Part shown: positions 62,515-64,000 of the stretch, piece after piece | Position numbering within the stretch: position 1 is the first letter of the stretch | Layout of the letters: every line of letters starts with the position of its first letter | NCBI GenBank assembly: GCA_963848135.1 | Contig: CAWKCK010000017.1 | Location: 1,148,538 to 1,212,537, forward strand | Length of the DNA stretch: 64,000 bases | Direction of reading: 5' to 3' | From: an uncultured delta proteobacterium | Lineage (GTDB): Bacteria; Desulfobacterota; Desulfobacteria; Desulfobacterales; SG8-13 | The notes under the pieces: generated by a model | Databases searched by the model: none | What the model was told of the DNA's origin: nothing | What the model saw: only the letters and a program-made list of their open reading frames with translations | Program-made: the position numbers and the translations under genes

Positions 62515-63165
62515 ATGAAAAATTTAACTTTGTTCATAAAATTAATTTCATTTCAGCTTGTATCAGCATGCATAGTGTCAAACCTTGTGTTACCGGCTCC
62601 AGTTTTTTCGGCGGAGACTTCCCAGGCCTTTAGGCATGAAAACGGTCTCCAGACCTATGTCCCCCCCGAGTGGTTTCTAAGAGGATACTTCATTGCCAGT
62701 GAAAAAAAACCAAAGTACGTTTTTGGTACGGTTCAGGATTTTGCAGATACGCTTGGTGACACAACCACGTGGTTGATCGAGGACTTGGAGTTAGAACGGC
62801 TGAAAGCGGCCTCTGCTGATGGTAAGAAAATCGAATATTCGCTCTTTCTTGAAGCGGTTTTAACTGATAGCACAGAATACTGGGTTTTCGTAGTGCTGCC
62901 CTATGAAAGTGCGCAGGCGTGGTACGATGCGAGGCGAGCCTATCACGGAAGAAAAGCCGATGAATATTACGGAGAAGCCCGAAGTGAGATTGAACGTGCA
63001 TTGAATCAAGGATTTAACATTAACGCTGAGCTTCGCTTTTGGATAGAGAACGGAGAGACCAACCTGCAGGTCCCCGAGGACGTAATCGTAAGCAAATACA
63101 ACATTAAACCGGTTTTCGATCTCGGCACGGGCCGCCGGATAGCGCCGGCAGCTAAAATTGAGTAA
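62515..63165 (+). CDS. Hypothetical exported protein
   Basis: Hydrophobic N-terminus, 216-aa ORF. Confidence 0.65.
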   Translation: MKNLTLFIKLISFQLVSACIVSNLVLPAPVFSAETSQAFRHENGLQTYVPPEWFLRGYFIASEKKPKYVFGTVQDFADTLGDTTTWLIEDLELERLKAASADGKKIEYSLFLEAVLTDSTEYWVFVVLPYESAQAWYDARRAYHGRKADEYYGEARSEIERALNQGFNINAELRFWIENGETNLQVPEDVIVSKYNIKPVFDLGTGRRIAPAAKIE

Positions 63166-63191
63166 CTCGGAATTCAAGGAGGGTATAAATC

Positions 63192-64000
63192 ATGCCATTC
63201 AATGAGAATAAATCTGATAAATCTAATCGCCGGGATTTCCTAAAAAAAGCAGCTAATATAGGATTGGGGATTGCGGCGAGCGGTGCCGTTCTCCGGTCGC
63301 CCCGTCCGGCATCAGCTCAGATCACCCTTCCCAATACGCCAGTACCCCGCAGACCTTTCGGCCGGTCGGGCACAAAGGTCTCTACACTTTCGCTTGGCGG
63401 GATGTTTGACATATTGAATAATCGACTAATGCTTGCCAAAGCGCTTGAGTGGGGAATCGACTATTGGGACACTGCTGAAGTATACGGTGGGGGTCGCAGT
63501 GAAGAGGGCATCGGTCGCTGGTTCGCTAGGTATCCTGATAGCCGCAAACAAGTGTTTCTGGTGACCAAGCTTTCACTGAGAAAAGGTAGCGATTTTACGC
63601 CCCGGCTTGAAGCATGTTTGAAACGGCTCCATACCGATTATGTTGATCTTCTCTTTGTGCATGGCATCAGAGGCATTGGTGATATGCCTCCCCACCTGGA
63701 ATCTTGGTCCCAAGCAATGAAAAAGGCTGGCAAGTTGAGGTTGTTCGGTTTTAGCACACATGCCAATATGGAAGACTGCCTTGAGGGGGCCGCTCGGCTA
63801 CCGTGGATAGACGGCATCATGTTTACCTATAACTACCGCCTGATGCATGAGAATCGAATGAAAGCGGCAGTTGAGGCCTGCTACCAAGCCGGTATCGGTC
63901 TCACTGCAATGAAAACCCAAGGCGGCGGTCCAGTCATGAGTGATTCCGATGCTGAGTTAGAAATGGCAGGCCGCTTTATGCAGAAAGGATTTACACACCA
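63192..64000 (+). CDS. Aldo/keto reductase with twin-arginine signal; 3' end beyond window
   Basis: Manual translation: SNRRDFLKK, RRPFGRSG.KVSTLSLGG, WDTAEVYG, FLVTK; absent from the ORF track because it has no stop in the window. Confidence 0.88.
   Translation, partial: MPFNENKSDKSNRRDFLKKAANIGLGIAASGAVLRSPRPASAQITLPNTPVPRRPFGRSGTKVSTLSLGGMFDILNNRLMLAKALEWGIDYWDTAEVYGGGRSEEGIGRWFARYPDSRKQVFLVTKLSLRKGSDFTPRLEACLKRLHTDYVDLLFVHGIRGIGDMPPHLESWSQAMKKAGKLRLFGFSTHANMEDCLEGAARLPWIDGIMFTYNYRLMHENRMKAAVEACYQAGIGLTAMKTQGGGPVMSDSDAELEMAGRFMQKGFTH

Overview
Bacterial chromosomal DNA that looks like an anaerobic deltaproteobacterium (Desulfobacterales-like; inferred from gene content only). It has three parts. 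(1) 1-29.3 kb is a redox and energy-conservation island under sigma-54 control. A minus-strand operon encodes a receiver protein, HdrL-type HdrA, MvhD, an FdhB/FrhB-like protein and a giant tandem HdrA. That last gene is missing from the ORF track because it runs off the left edge, and it carries an intact response-regulator receiver domain inside the flavoprotein. The island also holds a NuoEFG/HydCBA-like operon followed by a degenerate HdrA-MvhD-winged-helix fusion, a stand-alone CO dehydrogenase (cooS), a NifB/NifX-family gene, four PAS sigma-54 activators that all carry the Cx8Cx3C Fe-S motif, five readable -24/-12 promoters with candidate enhancer motifs, and an orphan hybrid histidine kinase. 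(2) 29.6-53.6 kb is mostly housekeeping: nrdD/nrdG with NrdR boxes and a decayed second nrdG start, proC, yggT, divIVA, two pilT-family genes, coaX, folP, ftsH, tilS, a large Alu-domain SRP RNA, grpE, dnaK, a glutamine synthetase-like gene and an SDR. (3) 53.7-64 kb is an AT-richer accessory region with FHA-EAL, a haloalkane dehalogenase, GAF and PilZ proteins, gene fragments and an IS3 remnant. The best candidate for an undescribed system is a phosphorylation-responsive electron-bifurcating HdrA complex embedded in an Fe-S-sensing sigma-54 network. All calls come from reading motifs; no searches were run.
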